Source: a virus (taxonomy: Duplodnaviria > Heunggongvirae > Uroviricota > Caudoviricetes). From it: DNA of 38,273 nt. The stretch is from the IMG/VR virus record IMGVR_UViG_2639762987_000013, positions 1 through 38,273 of that record, one strand, 5' to 3'. Numbering within the stretch: position 1 is the first letter of the stretch; the number at the start of each line of letters is the position of its first letter. Below, piece by piece: positions 29,570 through 38,273 of this stretch. The position numbers and the translations under genes were made by a program. The notes below the pieces were generated by a model. The model was not told the origin of the DNA. It worked only from the letters and a program-made list of their open reading frames with translations, and ran no database searches.

Positions 29570-30024
29570 TGATTCAGTTCAACCCAACGCGAAACATCGA
29601 CCTGATCGAAGCAGTCGGAAATCACCCTGACATTATTGCCGGGAGCAACAACGGTGATGGATACGACTACAAGCCTGAATGCCGTTACTTCGAGGTGAAC
29701 GTGCACGGGCAGTTCGGCGGCATTGTTTACTATCAGGAGATTCAGCCTTTGACCTTTGATTGCCACGCCATGTACCTGCCAGAGGTTCGTGGATTCAGCA
29801 AGGAAATCGGGCTGGCGTTCTGGCGATACATTCTGACTAACACCACTGTTCAGTGTGTCACATCGTTCGCTGCACGCAAATTCCGCCACGGGCAGATGTA
29901 CTGCGCAATGATTGGCCTTAATCGTGTAGGAACCATCAAGAAATACTTTAAAGGCGTGGATGACGTGACGTTTTACAGCGCCACACGCGAAGAACTAATC
30001 GACTTCCTGAATCACGGGAGATAG
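29566..30024 (+). CDS. gp14-position protein, 152 aa
   Basis: Gene order as in P22 (26-14-7-20-16); sequence family not verified. Confidence 0.5.
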   Translation: MMIQFNPTRNIDLIEAVGNHPDIIAGSNNGDGYDYKPECRYFEVNVHGQFGGIVYYQEIQPLTFDCHAMYLPEVRGFSKEIGLAFWRYILTNTTVQCVTSFAARKFRHGQMYCAMIGLNRVGTIKKYFKGVDDVTFYSATREELIDFLNHGR

Positions 30025-30026
30025 CC

Positions 30027-30722
30027 ATGTTATATGCATTTAAGCTGGGCAGAAAACTGCGCGGCGAGGAACCTTATTGCCCTGAAAAAGGCGGGAAAGG
30101 TGGCAGTTCTGATAAAAGCGCAAAGTATGCAGCAGAAGCCCAGAAGTATGCTGCAGACCTGCAAAATCAGCAGCGGCAGACGATCATGAAAAACCTTGCT
30201 CCGTTCACGCCTCTTGCGGAGCAGTATGTTAACCAGCTTCAGAGCCTTTCCAGTTTAGAAGGTCAGGGGCAGGCACTTAATCAGTATTACAACTCTCAGC
30301 AGTATAAAGACCTTGCAGGGCAGGCTCGTTACCAGAGTCTTGCTGCTGCGGAGGCGACGGGTGGACTTGGTTCGACAGCCACAAGCAATCAACTGGCTAC
30401 GATCGCGCCGACACTCGGTCAGTCTTGGTTATCAAATCAGATGAGCAATTACAACAATCTGGCAAACGTTGGGCTTGGTGCTCTGCAAGGTCAGGCAAAC
30501 GCCGGGCAGACGTACGCCAACAACATGAGCAGCATTGCACAGCAAAGCGCAGCTCTTGCCGCTGCTAATGCCAATAAACCATCAGGCCTTCAGACAGCAA
30601 TTAGCGGAGGAGCTTCAGGGGCTATGACTGGCGCTGCTCTTGGCTCTATTGTTCCAGGACTTGGCACTGGATTAGGTGCGGCAATTGGCGGCGGACTTGG
30701 CCTGCTTGGATCGTTGTTTTAA
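30027..30722 (+). CDS. Ejection (internal virion) protein, gp7-type, 231 aa
   Basis: Position, Gln-rich central region and Gly-rich hydrophobic C-terminus typical of P22-like gp7. Confidence 0.7.
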   Translation: MLYAFKLGRKLRGEEPYCPEKGGKGGSSDKSAKYAAEAQKYAADLQNQQRQTIMKNLAPFTPLAEQYVNQLQSLSSLEGQGQALNQYYNSQQYKDLAGQARYQSLAAAEATGGLGSTATSNQLATIAPTLGQSWLSNQMSNYNNLANVGLGALQGQANAGQTYANNMSSIAQQSAALAAANANKPSGLQTAISGGASGAMTGAALGSIVPGLGTGLGAAIGGGLGLLGSLF

Positions 30723-30731
30723 GGGGTAATC

Positions 30732-32138
30732 ATGGCTACTTGGCAAGGAACAAATGGCGGATTGTTGGCTGGTATCGGTGGTGTCAACTCAAACGCTCCG
30801 AGCGTAAATGACATCGGCAACACGCTTCAGCTTATCAGGCAGAACAATGATATTGAGCGTTCAGGCTCTAACAATGTTGGGCTGACAGCTTTGCAAGGTC
30901 TTTCTGGTATTGCGGGGGTGTTTCAGCAGGAAAAGCAGGCTCAGCGGCAGAAAGAATTTCAGCAGGCGTACGCTAATGCTTATGCGTCTGGTGATCGCGG
31001 TGCTTTGCGTAAGTTGGCTACTCAATATCCAGACCAGATTGAATCCGTTCGTAAAGGCATGGGATTCATTGATGAAGAGCAGCGTAATTCTATCGGCACC
31101 TTAGCGGCTGGCGCACGCCTTGCGTCATCGTCTCCAGAAGCAATGCAATCATGGCTGCAAAACAACGCCAAGGAACTGACTCGCGTCGGTGTTGACCCTA
31201 ACAGCGTTGCTCAGATGTATCAGCAGAATCCTTCAGGATTTGGTGAGTTTGTTGATCACCTTGGAATGGCTGCTCTTGGTCCGATTGATTACTTCAATGT
31301 TCAGGACAAGATGGCTGGTCGTGAGATTGACCGAGGCGGGCTGGCAGAGACAATCCGCAGCAATCAGGCTGGTGAAGCACTTCAGGCGAGAGGGCAAAAC
31401 CTTTCCTATCAGTCAGCAATGACTGGGCACAATATCGCAGCACAACGCTTGGCTCTGGATCAGCAAGAGTTCGGGTTTAAGATGCAGCAAGCGCAGGAAA
31501 AGGCTCAGCAGTTGATTAGCGAAGCACCTAAGCTGTCAGTAAACATGGAAAAAGGCATCGAGACGGCTGTAAACAATGCCACAGCATCATCAAACTCAGC
31601 CAATTCCATGAGTGCGCTTGCTCAACAGTTCAGAGCAGAAAAACCAACGACCGGCTTGTTCGGTAACGCACAGAACATGTTCGCAAAACTTACCGGAAGC
31701 GATACGACATTGCGTGATTTGCGCATTCGCCAAAATGCCCTTGTTAACAGTCAGGTTCTTAAATTCCTACCTCCCGGCCCAGCAACGGATAAAGACGTTG
31801 AGATCGTTCGACAGGGTGCGCCAACTGACATGGATAACCCTGAGACGGTCGCAAGATGGCTTGATGCAATGGCAAACCTTGAGCGACGAAACGCGCAGTT
31901 TAATGAGTTTAAAGCTGAGTGGATGAGCGCGAATGGCAACCCTGGACAATCGCGTAATGGCGGTCAGATATTGGGGTTGGATGTTAAAAAAGGTGAATCA
32001 TTGGGGAGTGCCGTTAAGCGGTATATGTCAATGAATACTGACGCAGCGCCAGCACAAGATTCGACACCTTCAGGAGAACCACGGAATCAGGTTGGATCAT
32101 ATACCTCAAAATCAGGCATTCAATTTACGGTGGAATGA
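30732..32138 (+). CDS. Ejection protein, gp20-type, 468 aa
   Basis: Size and position in P22-like order. Confidence 0.7.
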   Translation: MATWQGTNGGLLAGIGGVNSNAPSVNDIGNTLQLIRQNNDIERSGSNNVGLTALQGLSGIAGVFQQEKQAQRQKEFQQAYANAYASGDRGALRKLATQYPDQIESVRKGMGFIDEEQRNSIGTLAAGARLASSSPEAMQSWLQNNAKELTRVGVDPNSVAQMYQQNPSGFGEFVDHLGMAALGPIDYFNVQDKMAGREIDRGGLAETIRSNQAGEALQARGQNLSYQSAMTGHNIAAQRLALDQQEFGFKMQQAQEKAQQLISEAPKLSVNMEKGIETAVNNATASSNSANSMSALAQQFRAEKPTTGLFGNAQNMFAKLTGSDTTLRDLRIRQNALVNSQVLKFLPPGPATDKDVEIVRQGAPTDMDNPETVARWLDAMANLERRNAQFNEFKAEWMSANGNPGQSRNGGQILGLDVKKGESLGSAVKRYMSMNTDAAPAQDSTPSGEPRNQVGSYTSKSGIQFTVE

Positions 32139-33982
32139 TGAAAGTAACTGCAAACGGTAAGACATTTACCTTTCCTGATGGTACGAGCACCGAAGATATT
32201 GGCACCGCCATTGATGAGTATTTTGCTGGTCAGGCTGTTCAGCAACAAACAGTTAATCAGGCCAATAATGCACCAACACGGGAAGAACCATCATTGATGC
32301 AACAAGCTGGCGATTGGCTCACTGGTGGTCAAAGTGCAGGGCAAATTGCGGAACAGGCTGGTCGTGGTCTGGTAAACATACCATTTGACGTATTGCAGGG
32401 CGGCGCAAGTCTGATTAATGCAATCAGCCAGGGGCTTGGTGGCCCCAAGGTTTTGGACGATGTCTATCGTCCAGTCGATCGACCAACAGACCCTTATGCG
32501 CAAGCTGGAGAAACAATTGGCGGGTATTTAGTTCCAGGAGTTGGAACGGCAGGAAGCATGGCTATTGGATCACTGGCAGAGGCCGCAAATCAGAAAGGCG
32601 ATTTCGCACAAAATGCAGCTAAAAATGCCGGAGTTAACCTTGCCGCTCAGGGGGTTCTTTCCGCAGCAGCAAAGGGAATAGGGCGTGGAATAACGGCTAT
32701 AAAAGGTGATATTGCGCCAGAAGTGGCGAAGAAAATTGCCACATCAGAATCGATGGGCGTGACACCAATGACATCTGATGTTATCCCGCCGAAAAATGCT
32801 TTCACTCGCGGCCTAACTCAGGATGCCGAGGGGGCTTTGCTCGGGACAGGCTCAAAGCGAGCGGAGCAATATGCAACGCGTAGTAAGCTGGTAAGTAATT
32901 ATTTTGACCGTTTTGGTGAGTACAACCCTGATGATGTGGTGAAATCTCTTACCACCACGTTAAGGGGGCGGAAGGATGCCGCTGGCGCTGTTATCAATGA
33001 CGTCACCAATAAAATGGGTAATGCCGCAGTTGATACCACAAATACCATGAATGCTCTGAATACAGCGATCGCAAGACAGGAACGGCTTGGGACGTCTGCC
33101 AATCAAAGCCTGCTTACATCCTTGCGTAACCTACGTGAAGAATTAGCAAACCCTGCAACTGATTTGGATGTTACGTTTGATCTCTTGCGTCAGCACAGAA
33201 CAGCATTTAGATCTAATGTTCAGGGAGATGCTATGGTCTTCCCAAACCAGGCAAAAGCAGCTACCAATATGGTAGAGAATGCAATGTCAAAAGATCTTCG
33301 TAACGCAGTTGCAAAAAACCTCGGTGCATCAGACGCAGCAAAATACCTTAAAGCAAATTCCGATTATGCAAACGTTTATAATAAGGTGCTTAATAAAAAC
33401 ATTGCTAACAAGCTCAACAAGGCAAGCAGTGAAGCCAGTCCTGAACTTATAAATACCGTTGTATTAAGCAGAAAACCATCTGACGTGAAACGAATCTGGA
33501 GCGCATTGGATAATAAAGGGAAAGATGCTATGCGTGCAGCTTATGTCAGCAAAATAGCGGAAAAGGCCGGTGACTCTCCAGCCAAGTTCATCACTGAAGT
33601 TAATAAGCTGAAATCTCAGTCAGGCGGTGAAATTTACAACACTATTTTTTCTGGAAAGCACATGAAAGAGCTTGATTCTCTTCATGAAGTTCTACAGCAA
33701 ACAGCAAGGTCAGACACCGCAAATGTAGTAACTCAGACGGGGCAATCGCAAGCCAACAGGATAAGGACGATTGGCGCAACTGCGACTCTTGGCGTATCAA
33801 TGGGGCTTGAGGCTGGTTTCGGTGCAATGATGCGCTTGTATGAGTCAAAAGCAGCAAGGAATGCTCTCTTACGTTTGGCAAACACCAAAGCAGGAACACC
33901 AGCCTATGAAAGAGCGCTAAATAATGCTGCAAATGCGATACGCCCTATACTTTCAAGCCAAATTACAGCAGAACAGCAATAA
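32135..33982 (+). CDS. Ejection protein, gp16-type, 615 aa
   Basis: Size and position in P22-like order; ATGA overlap with gp20. Confidence 0.7.
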   Translation: MMKVTANGKTFTFPDGTSTEDIGTAIDEYFAGQAVQQQTVNQANNAPTREEPSLMQQAGDWLTGGQSAGQIAEQAGRGLVNIPFDVLQGGASLINAISQGLGGPKVLDDVYRPVDRPTDPYAQAGETIGGYLVPGVGTAGSMAIGSLAEAANQKGDFAQNAAKNAGVNLAAQGVLSAAAKGIGRGITAIKGDIAPEVAKKIATSESMGVTPMTSDVIPPKNAFTRGLTQDAEGALLGTGSKRAEQYATRSKLVSNYFDRFGEYNPDDVVKSLTTTLRGRKDAAGAVINDVTNKMGNAAVDTTNTMNALNTAIARQERLGTSANQSLLTSLRNLREELANPATDLDVTFDLLRQHRTAFRSNVQGDAMVFPNQAKAATNMVENAMSKDLRNAVAKNLGASDAAKYLKANSDYANVYNKVLNKNIANKLNKASSEASPELINTVVLSRKPSDVKRIWSALDNKGKDAMRAAYVSKIAEKAGDSPAKFITEVNKLKSQSGGEIYNTIFSGKHMKELDSLHEVLQQTARSDTANVVTQTGQSQANRIRTIGATATLGVSMGLEAGFGAMMRLYESKAARNALLRLANTKAGTPAYERALNNAANAIRPILSSQITAEQQ

Positions 33983-33995
33983 AAATAAGATATAA

Positions 33996-34481
33996 CTATC
34001 TGATATTACTGCTACTGTTGCATGTTACCGTGTTTCCAAATCCTGAATTGCAGTTTGTATATGTGTCAACGCGTGTTGGGTAAGGTTGAGTTATAACAGG
34101 CTGGCGCGCTTTTTGCTCGATCGCTTGCATTGTGTTTACAGCCTGATAATTCAATAAAGCCTGCTGGAATGCTTGGCTTTGTGCTATTTGTTGTGCTTGT
34201 TCTTGGCTTTGTAATTGAACATAAAGATTCTGAAGTTCAAGTCTTGCCTGTGTGTCACTTATCTTGCCTTCATCGACACCTTGCCCGAGCATCTTCGCAG
34301 CAAGGACATACAGCTTAGGTGTTGGTGCTGATGCCATGCGAGAGTCGTTCTTCAAGCTGGCATCAAGGCAATTAGCCATATCGCTAAGCTTTGGATAGCG
34401 TTGCTCGCAACTTGCCTGATAGTCGCTTACTTTTGCGCACCCAGCCAGCAGAAGCGGGATAATTAACAGTGATTTTTTCAT
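33996..34481 (-). CDS. Predicted lipoprotein (signal peptide MKKSLLIIPLLLAGC, lipobox LAGC; Gln-rich helical region; Cys-containing C-terminus), 161 aa
   Basis: ATG 34481 with AAGGAG RBS; lipobox read from sequence; antisense to the late operon, in the sieA/immI slot. Confidence 0.6.
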   Translation of the reverse strand: MKKSLLIIPLLLAGCAKVSDYQASCEQRYPKLSDMANCLDASLKNDSRMASAPTPKLYVLAAKMLGQGVDEGKISDTQARLELQNLYVQLQSQEQAQQIAQSQAFQQALLNYQAVNTMQAIEQKARQPVITQPYPTRVDTYTNCNSGFGNTVTCNSSSNIR

Positions 34482-34515
34482 ATAATTAACTCTCCTTAGT
34501 TTTGCGCAGGATACC

Positions 34516-34881
34516 ATGAAAAAAGTTAACATTGGAAACGTACCAAAGATGCTCGTTCCGCTCTTTGAGAGCGGTACAATTGTGTTTTGTAGAGACTTTC
34601 CAGAATGGCAACGCCTGCATCAAAAACTTGGCGTTGACGTGCATGACTCGGACGCCAACGGAGCGTCTCATACAATGAGTAGCGAGAATGGTGTTTTGCA
34701 TGTGATAGGCGTGTTCAATGGCAAACTATCTACTATTGCCCATGAGTGCGCTCACATGGCATTCGATATCTGCTCAAGGGTAGGTGTTGATGTTGAACCA
34801 GGAAGAGCCAACGAGACTTACTGCTACTTAATGAGCAGGCTTGTTGAGTTCTGCGAGCGACATATCAAAAAGCCGGAGTGA
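34516..34881 (+). CDS. Small HExxH-motif protein (IAHECAHMAFDI), possible minimal zinc metallopeptidase, 121 aa
   Basis: HEXXH motif read from translation; stop lies in a bidirectional terminator hairpin (34871-34888). Confidence 0.5.
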   Translation: MKKVNIGNVPKMLVPLFESGTIVFCRDFPEWQRLHQKLGVDVHDSDANGASHTMSSENGVLHVIGVFNGKLSTIAHECAHMAFDICSRVGVDVEPGRANETYCYLMSRLVEFCERHIKKPE

Positions 34882-34888
34882 CCCGGCT
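34871..34888. terminator. Bidirectional intrinsic terminator between convergent genes (AGCCGG-loop-CCGGCT with T-tracts on both strands)
   Basis: Read from sequence. Confidence 0.55.
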
Positions 34889-34894
34889 TGATTA

Positions 34895-35074
34895 TTACTT
34901 TTTGCTGTCTGGAGTTCGCTTATCCAATACCCAGCCATGACCTGGCTTTGTTGTTGGTGGAAGCCTTTCGTTGTCCTTGACGGTTGCAAAATTGTCTTTC
35001 TTACCGCCGCGTGGGCCAACTTCTTGGTATATTCCGCCGTTTTTTCCTGTGTTTTCACCTGGTTTTTTCGCCAT
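34895..35074 (-). CDS. YjzC-like small protein, 59 aa (MAKKPGENTGKNGGIYQEVGPRGG...LPPTTKPGHGW...)
   Basis: Pattern KPGE...G.Y.E.G..G.......V..GE.LPPTT...W resembles YjzC-like family (from memory); GAGG RBS before ATG 35074; candidate sigma70 promoter (TTGACT/17 bp/AATATT) at 35111-35139 on minus strand. Confidence 0.45.
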   Translation of the reverse strand: MAKKPGENTGKNGGIYQEVGPRGGKKDNFATVKDNERLPPTTKPGHGWVLDKRTPDSKK

Positions 35075-35147
35075 GATATACCTCAACATACACCCGTTAT
35101 TGGGCGATTAAATATTGATCTCATTTTATAAGTAGTCAATATGGCCC

Positions 35148-35172
35148 AGGTAAATGCAAAAATTAACCCACC
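35148..35172. terminator. Hairpin terminator downstream of mnt (AACCCACC-TTCA-GGTGGGTT + T-tract)
   Basis: Read from sequence. Confidence 0.5.
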
Positions 35173-35173
35173 T

Positions 35174-35425
35174 TCAGGTGGGTTTTTTGTACAAATCCTT
35201 CAGCGTATCAAACACCATCTTCTTAACAAGCTCTGACTGCTCATCAGCGATGCGTTCCGCATCGTCTCGATAGCCTGAAATTTTGGATGGCTTTGATACA
35301 GCATCAGTCACTATCTGAACTAATTCTGAATTAAGAGAGCGGCCATTGGATTTGGCTCGCTGTTTTAGTTTTTCCTTTAATTCGTAAGGTAGCCGCAGAT
35401 TAAATTGCGGGTCATCTCTTCCCAT
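35174..35425 (-). CDS. mnt: Mnt repressor (Arc/MetJ ribbon-helix-helix), 83 aa
   Basis: MGRDDPQFNLRLPYELKEKLK.RA..NGRS.NSEL.QIV.DA.SKPS...GYR.DAERIADEQSELVKKMVFDTLKDLYKK matches recalled P22 Mnt. Confidence 0.85.
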   Translation of the reverse strand: MGRDDPQFNLRLPYELKEKLKQRAKSNGRSLNSELVQIVTDAVSKPSKISGYRDDAERIADEQSELVKKMVFDTLKDLYKKPT

Positions 35426-35489
35426 TCTTGATGCCTCGCTTTTGTGAGTGGATCGGCATCTTATTATCTGCTGATTGCATCCTCAATAA

Positions 35490-35502
35490 GACCACGGTGG
35501 TC
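35490..35502. promoter_or_regulatory. O_mnt-like operator (GACCACGGTGGTC) within Pant-equivalent region upstream of tailspike
   Basis: Near-palindrome with the same CACGGTG core as the P22 mnt operator (recalled as TCCACGGTGGA). Confidence 0.5.
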
Positions 35503-35572
35503 GTATTTTTTTGATTAATAATGCATCACTGCGGCAATGCTGCGGCGATTCCTTGTATCTGGAGCAAATTAA

Positions 35573-37564
35573 ATGACAGACATTACAGCCAATGTTGTAG
35601 TGAGCATGCCTTCGCAACTCTTCACTATGGCGCGTTCTTTTAAAGCCGTAGCTAATGGCAAAATTTATATCGGTAAAATTGACACTGACCCGGTAAATCC
35701 TGATAACCAGATTCAGGTCTATGTTGAGAACGAAGATGGTTCTCACGTTCCTGTTGCACAGCCAATCGTCATCAATGCCGCTGGGTATCCAGTATATAAC
35801 GGACAGATTGCCAAATTCGTAACTGTGCAAGGCCATTCTATGGCTGTTTATGATGCATGTGGTGCGCAGCAGTTCTATTTTCCAAATGTGCTGAAGTATG
35901 ACCCGGATCAGTTAAGGCAGGAGTTAGCAAGTTCAGGTGATGATCTTGGAGATGCATTAATAGCAGTAAAACAACCATTCACCTTGTCAATAAGAAGGAC
36001 GCAGCATCAAAAAAATGCCGAGCACATTAGTGTTAGTGATTTTGGTGCAAAAGGAGACGGCATAACAGATGATACTGTAGCAATTCAAAATGCTATTAAT
36101 GCAGTACCAGAAGGGGCTATACTTGGATTTTATGGTGGTGAATTTGTTTTTGATAAGGTTGAATTGCTTAAGCCAATAACATTGGTTGGTGATGCAACGT
36201 TAATTCACAACGGATTTAGAATAAAATCTAGCAGAATACGATCACTTTTATCTGGTGTTCAGAAATGCAAGGATTACTCCGAGTCTTCAAGAGCATTTTA
36301 TTGCTATGCAAATGAAGACCAAAGAGATTATGACGATATTCAGATTTTGTTTAATAGATTTGAAGGTTTCTTTTACTCTACGGCATTTGTTGCAAAAAAC
36401 TATTATTTGGAGAATGACCCTAATTCAAGAACTGTCAAAAATACAAAAGTAATAGGATGTACATCAGTTGCTCCTGATTCTGTAAATGCCGGTCATTTTC
36501 AACATATAGGCGTTACAAATGCTGAAACATCACATAACTCAACTTATGGCGGACAAAATGCAACATCATACAACTTCATTAACCAGAATGGATTTGTAAG
36601 GATTATAGGAAATTATGACCATAACAATAGCTATGGTTCATGTGAGCTTGAGAACTCAATGGTGAGTAACTCAGTCATATCATGTAATACGTTTTCGTCA
36701 TATTTATGGGTGGATGATACAAGTAATGTTACTATTTCTGGAAATACAGTTTCATCAAGGATCAAAGTAACATCGCAAACTGACGATGTTCATAATATAA
36801 CCATATCAGCAAATACCACAAAACGGATTACTATAGAGCAATTTGGAGAATCTCCGACAGGTCTGGTATATGGTGCATTAATTTCCTGTAACACTATTAC
36901 TGGCGACAGTGATGGAAGTTCAGACATTTTATGTACGTCACTTGTTACAGGTGAAATTTCATCAAATTATTGTCATGGATCAGAAAAAAATATATCAATT
37001 GTCCGCCTGGATTCTTCTGATATAACTGTTAGAAACAATAAAGGAAACAAAGGATTACTTACAATAAGTAACGATGGTGGGAGGATAATTGAATATGGCA
37101 ATGATTCTATGGTTCTGTCTGGAAGCATAGATAGCAGACATATACATAATTTATTACAACCAGACACATCGTATTTAGATCTACCGGGGAAATATCTGCA
37201 CGGAACTAAATATACTGGCAGTATCCCCCCCGGTTCCACAGGAACTGTATCACTTCAAATACCATCAGGGGCAAGCCTTGTTTTCAGGGGTGTTTCTATA
37301 TGGGTTCTAATTAGAGATGTTAGCAATAACAATATATCGTCATTCAGAATTGATGGTTCATATAGAGTTGTTGGTGGAAGTGTTGGTCTTAGTTTTGCTG
37401 ATGCTTATTCGAAACTCGGGGTGGATGCAAACTCTATAACAGTGTCAAACAATAACAGCACTTCTGACAATATCAGCATAGCAATTAAAAACACAGATTC
37501 ATCAAAAACCCTTCAGGTTACTGTTATGCCGGAGGTTTCAAGCAGGTTAGGTATTGAGGAATAG
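35573..37564 (+). CDS. Tailspike: P22-type N-terminal head-binding domain fused to a distinct right-handed beta-helix (pectate-lyase-like) receptor-binding domain, 663 aa
   Basis: First ~110 aa ([11 protein letters not shown]...[33 protein letters not shown]......INAAG..VYNGQ......VQGHSMA.YDA.G.Q.....NVLKYDPDQ) match P22 gp9; remainder starts with beta-helix motif [22 protein letters not shown] and is Asn/Ser/Thr-rich. Confidence 0.9.
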   Translation: MTDITANVVVSMPSQLFTMARSFKAVANGKIYIGKIDTDPVNPDNQIQVYVENEDGSHVPVAQPIVINAAGYPVYNGQIAKFVTVQGHSMAVYDACGAQQFYFPNVLKYDPDQLRQELASSGDDLGDALIAVKQPFTLSIRRTQHQKNAEHISVSDFGAKGDGITDDTVAIQNAINAVPEGAILGFYGGEFVFDKVELLKPITLVGDATLIHNGFRIKSSRIRSLLSGVQKCKDYSESSRAFYCYANEDQRDYDDIQILFNRFEGFFYSTAFVAKNYYLENDPNSRTVKNTKVIGCTSVAPDSVNAGHFQHIGVTNAETSHNSTYGGQNATSYNFINQNGFVRIIGNYDHNNSYGSCELENSMVSNSVISCNTFSSYLWVDDTSNVTISGNTVSSRIKVTSQTDDVHNITISANTTKRITIEQFGESPTGLVYGALISCNTITGDSDGSSDILCTSLVTGEISSNYCHGSEKNISIVRLDSSDITVRNNKGNKGLLTISNDGGRIIEYGNDSMVLSGSIDSRHIHNLLQPDTSYLDLPGKYLHGTKYTGSIPPGSTGTVSLQIPSGASLVFRGVSIWVLIRDVSNNNISSFRIDGSYRVVGGSVGLSFADAYSKLGVDANSITVSNNNSTSDNISIAIKNTDSSKTLQVTVMPEVSSRLGIEE

Positions 37565-37592
37565 CATCATATATAATTATTTTAATGTTAAT

Positions 37593-37620
37593 GCCGCCTT
37601 CTTGTTGGCGGCTTATTTGT
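37593..37620 (+). terminator. Intrinsic terminator after tailspike (GCCGCC-loop-GGCGGC + TTATTTGTG)
   Basis: Read from sequence. Confidence 0.6.
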
Positions 37621-37640
37621 GAAAATCGAATGAGTTATTT

Positions 37641-37943
37641 ATGATGAATATAGAAGTTGATATAACACCAATTCTTCACGCACTTTGCGCTGTTGTCGCA
37701 CAAGTTCTGGTTGGTCTTTTTACCGGAAACTGGGCTTACGGTGCGATAGCCGGTTGTACGTTCTTCATTGCGCGTGAACACACCCAGGCAGAATATCGCT
37801 GGATTGAAATGTTCGGGCATGGCAAGCGTATGAATATGCCGTGGTGGGGTGGTTTTGATCCACGCGTGTGGGATGTAGGAAGCCTTATGGATTTTTCTTT
37901 CCCAATTATCGGATGCTTATTGGTATGGATTCTTGCATCGTAG
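37641..37943 (+). CDS. Small two-TM membrane protein, 100 aa, terminator-flanked
   Basis: Two hydrophobic segments; Trp-rich loop; terminators on both sides (37593-37620 and 38032-38055). Confidence 0.5.
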   Translation: MMNIEVDITPILHALCAVVAQVLVGLFTGNWAYGAIAGCTFFIAREHTQAEYRWIEMFGHGKRMNMPWWGGFDPRVWDVGSLMDFSFPIIGCLLVWILAS

Positions 37944-38031
37944 CGAACACATAATTACCGATGAAACAAAACTGAGACACACAAAGCTTTGCACTGGATT
38001 GCAAGGCTTTGTGATCTTCGATAGTGGTTAA

Positions 38032-38055
38032 GGTGGATCACTCCACCTTTTCATC
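38032..38055 (+). terminator. Intrinsic terminator (GGTGGA-TCAC-TCCACC + TTTTCATC)
   Basis: Read from sequence. Confidence 0.45.
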
Positions 38056-38165
38056 AAGCCAATCCGCCCACCACTGCATCATTTCTCTGCGCTTAACGTA
38101 GTTGATGCATCACTATCACCCTGTAATGGCTTATTACTGGTTTGCAGACAGGTAGGCATGAACAT

Positions 38166-38273
38166 ATGCCTGCGCATGAAGATGGAACTAGTCCGGATGC
38201 GATATTTTTGGTGATCACGTACATCATCAACGAAGTGCGTTATGGTGAGTTTGATGACTACCCGCTGAAGTGA
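38166..38273 (+). CDS. Short ORF, 35 aa, ending at the window edge; could be a host or prophage-boundary gene
   Basis: ATG to TGA ORF only; no RBS support. Confidence 0.15.
   Translation: MPAHEDGTSPDAIFLVITYIINEVRYGEFDDYPLK

Overview
This window is a nearly complete lambdoid temperate prophage with a P22-like (podovirus) morphogenesis module, most likely from an Enterobacteriaceae host (E. coli/Shigella/Salmonella). All family assignments below come from reading the translated ORFs and recalling family sequences; no database search was run. Left to right: xis (integrase presumably just left of the window); a minus-strand early-left operon (Ea22-like, DUF551, Abc2-like, SSB, Erf, kil, cIII, N with nutL); the immunity region (OL, a cI-coupled membrane protein, cI, OR, cro, nutR, cII); replication genes (O with internal ori iterons, DnaB-like helicase); a lambda-like nin region (NinB, NinC, NinD/E/F, Rha-KilAC antirepressor, YbcO-like, RusA); Q with pR' and a short terminator; a phage-21-type lysis cassette (dual-start pinholin, SAR endolysin, Rz/Rz1); then terminase small/large, portal, scaffold, coat, gp4, gp10, tail needle, gp14-like, ejection proteins gp7/gp20/gp16, and a tailspike. 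The best candidates for undescribed biology are (1) a 129-aa polytopic membrane protein translationally coupled to cI in the rexAB slot, (2) a three-gene accessory island in the immI position (lipoprotein, minimal HExxH protein, YjzC-like protein) next to a retained mnt whose operator now sits directly upstream of the tailspike gene, and (3) a terminator-flanked small membrane protein gene after the tailspike. None of these can be assigned a function from sequence alone.
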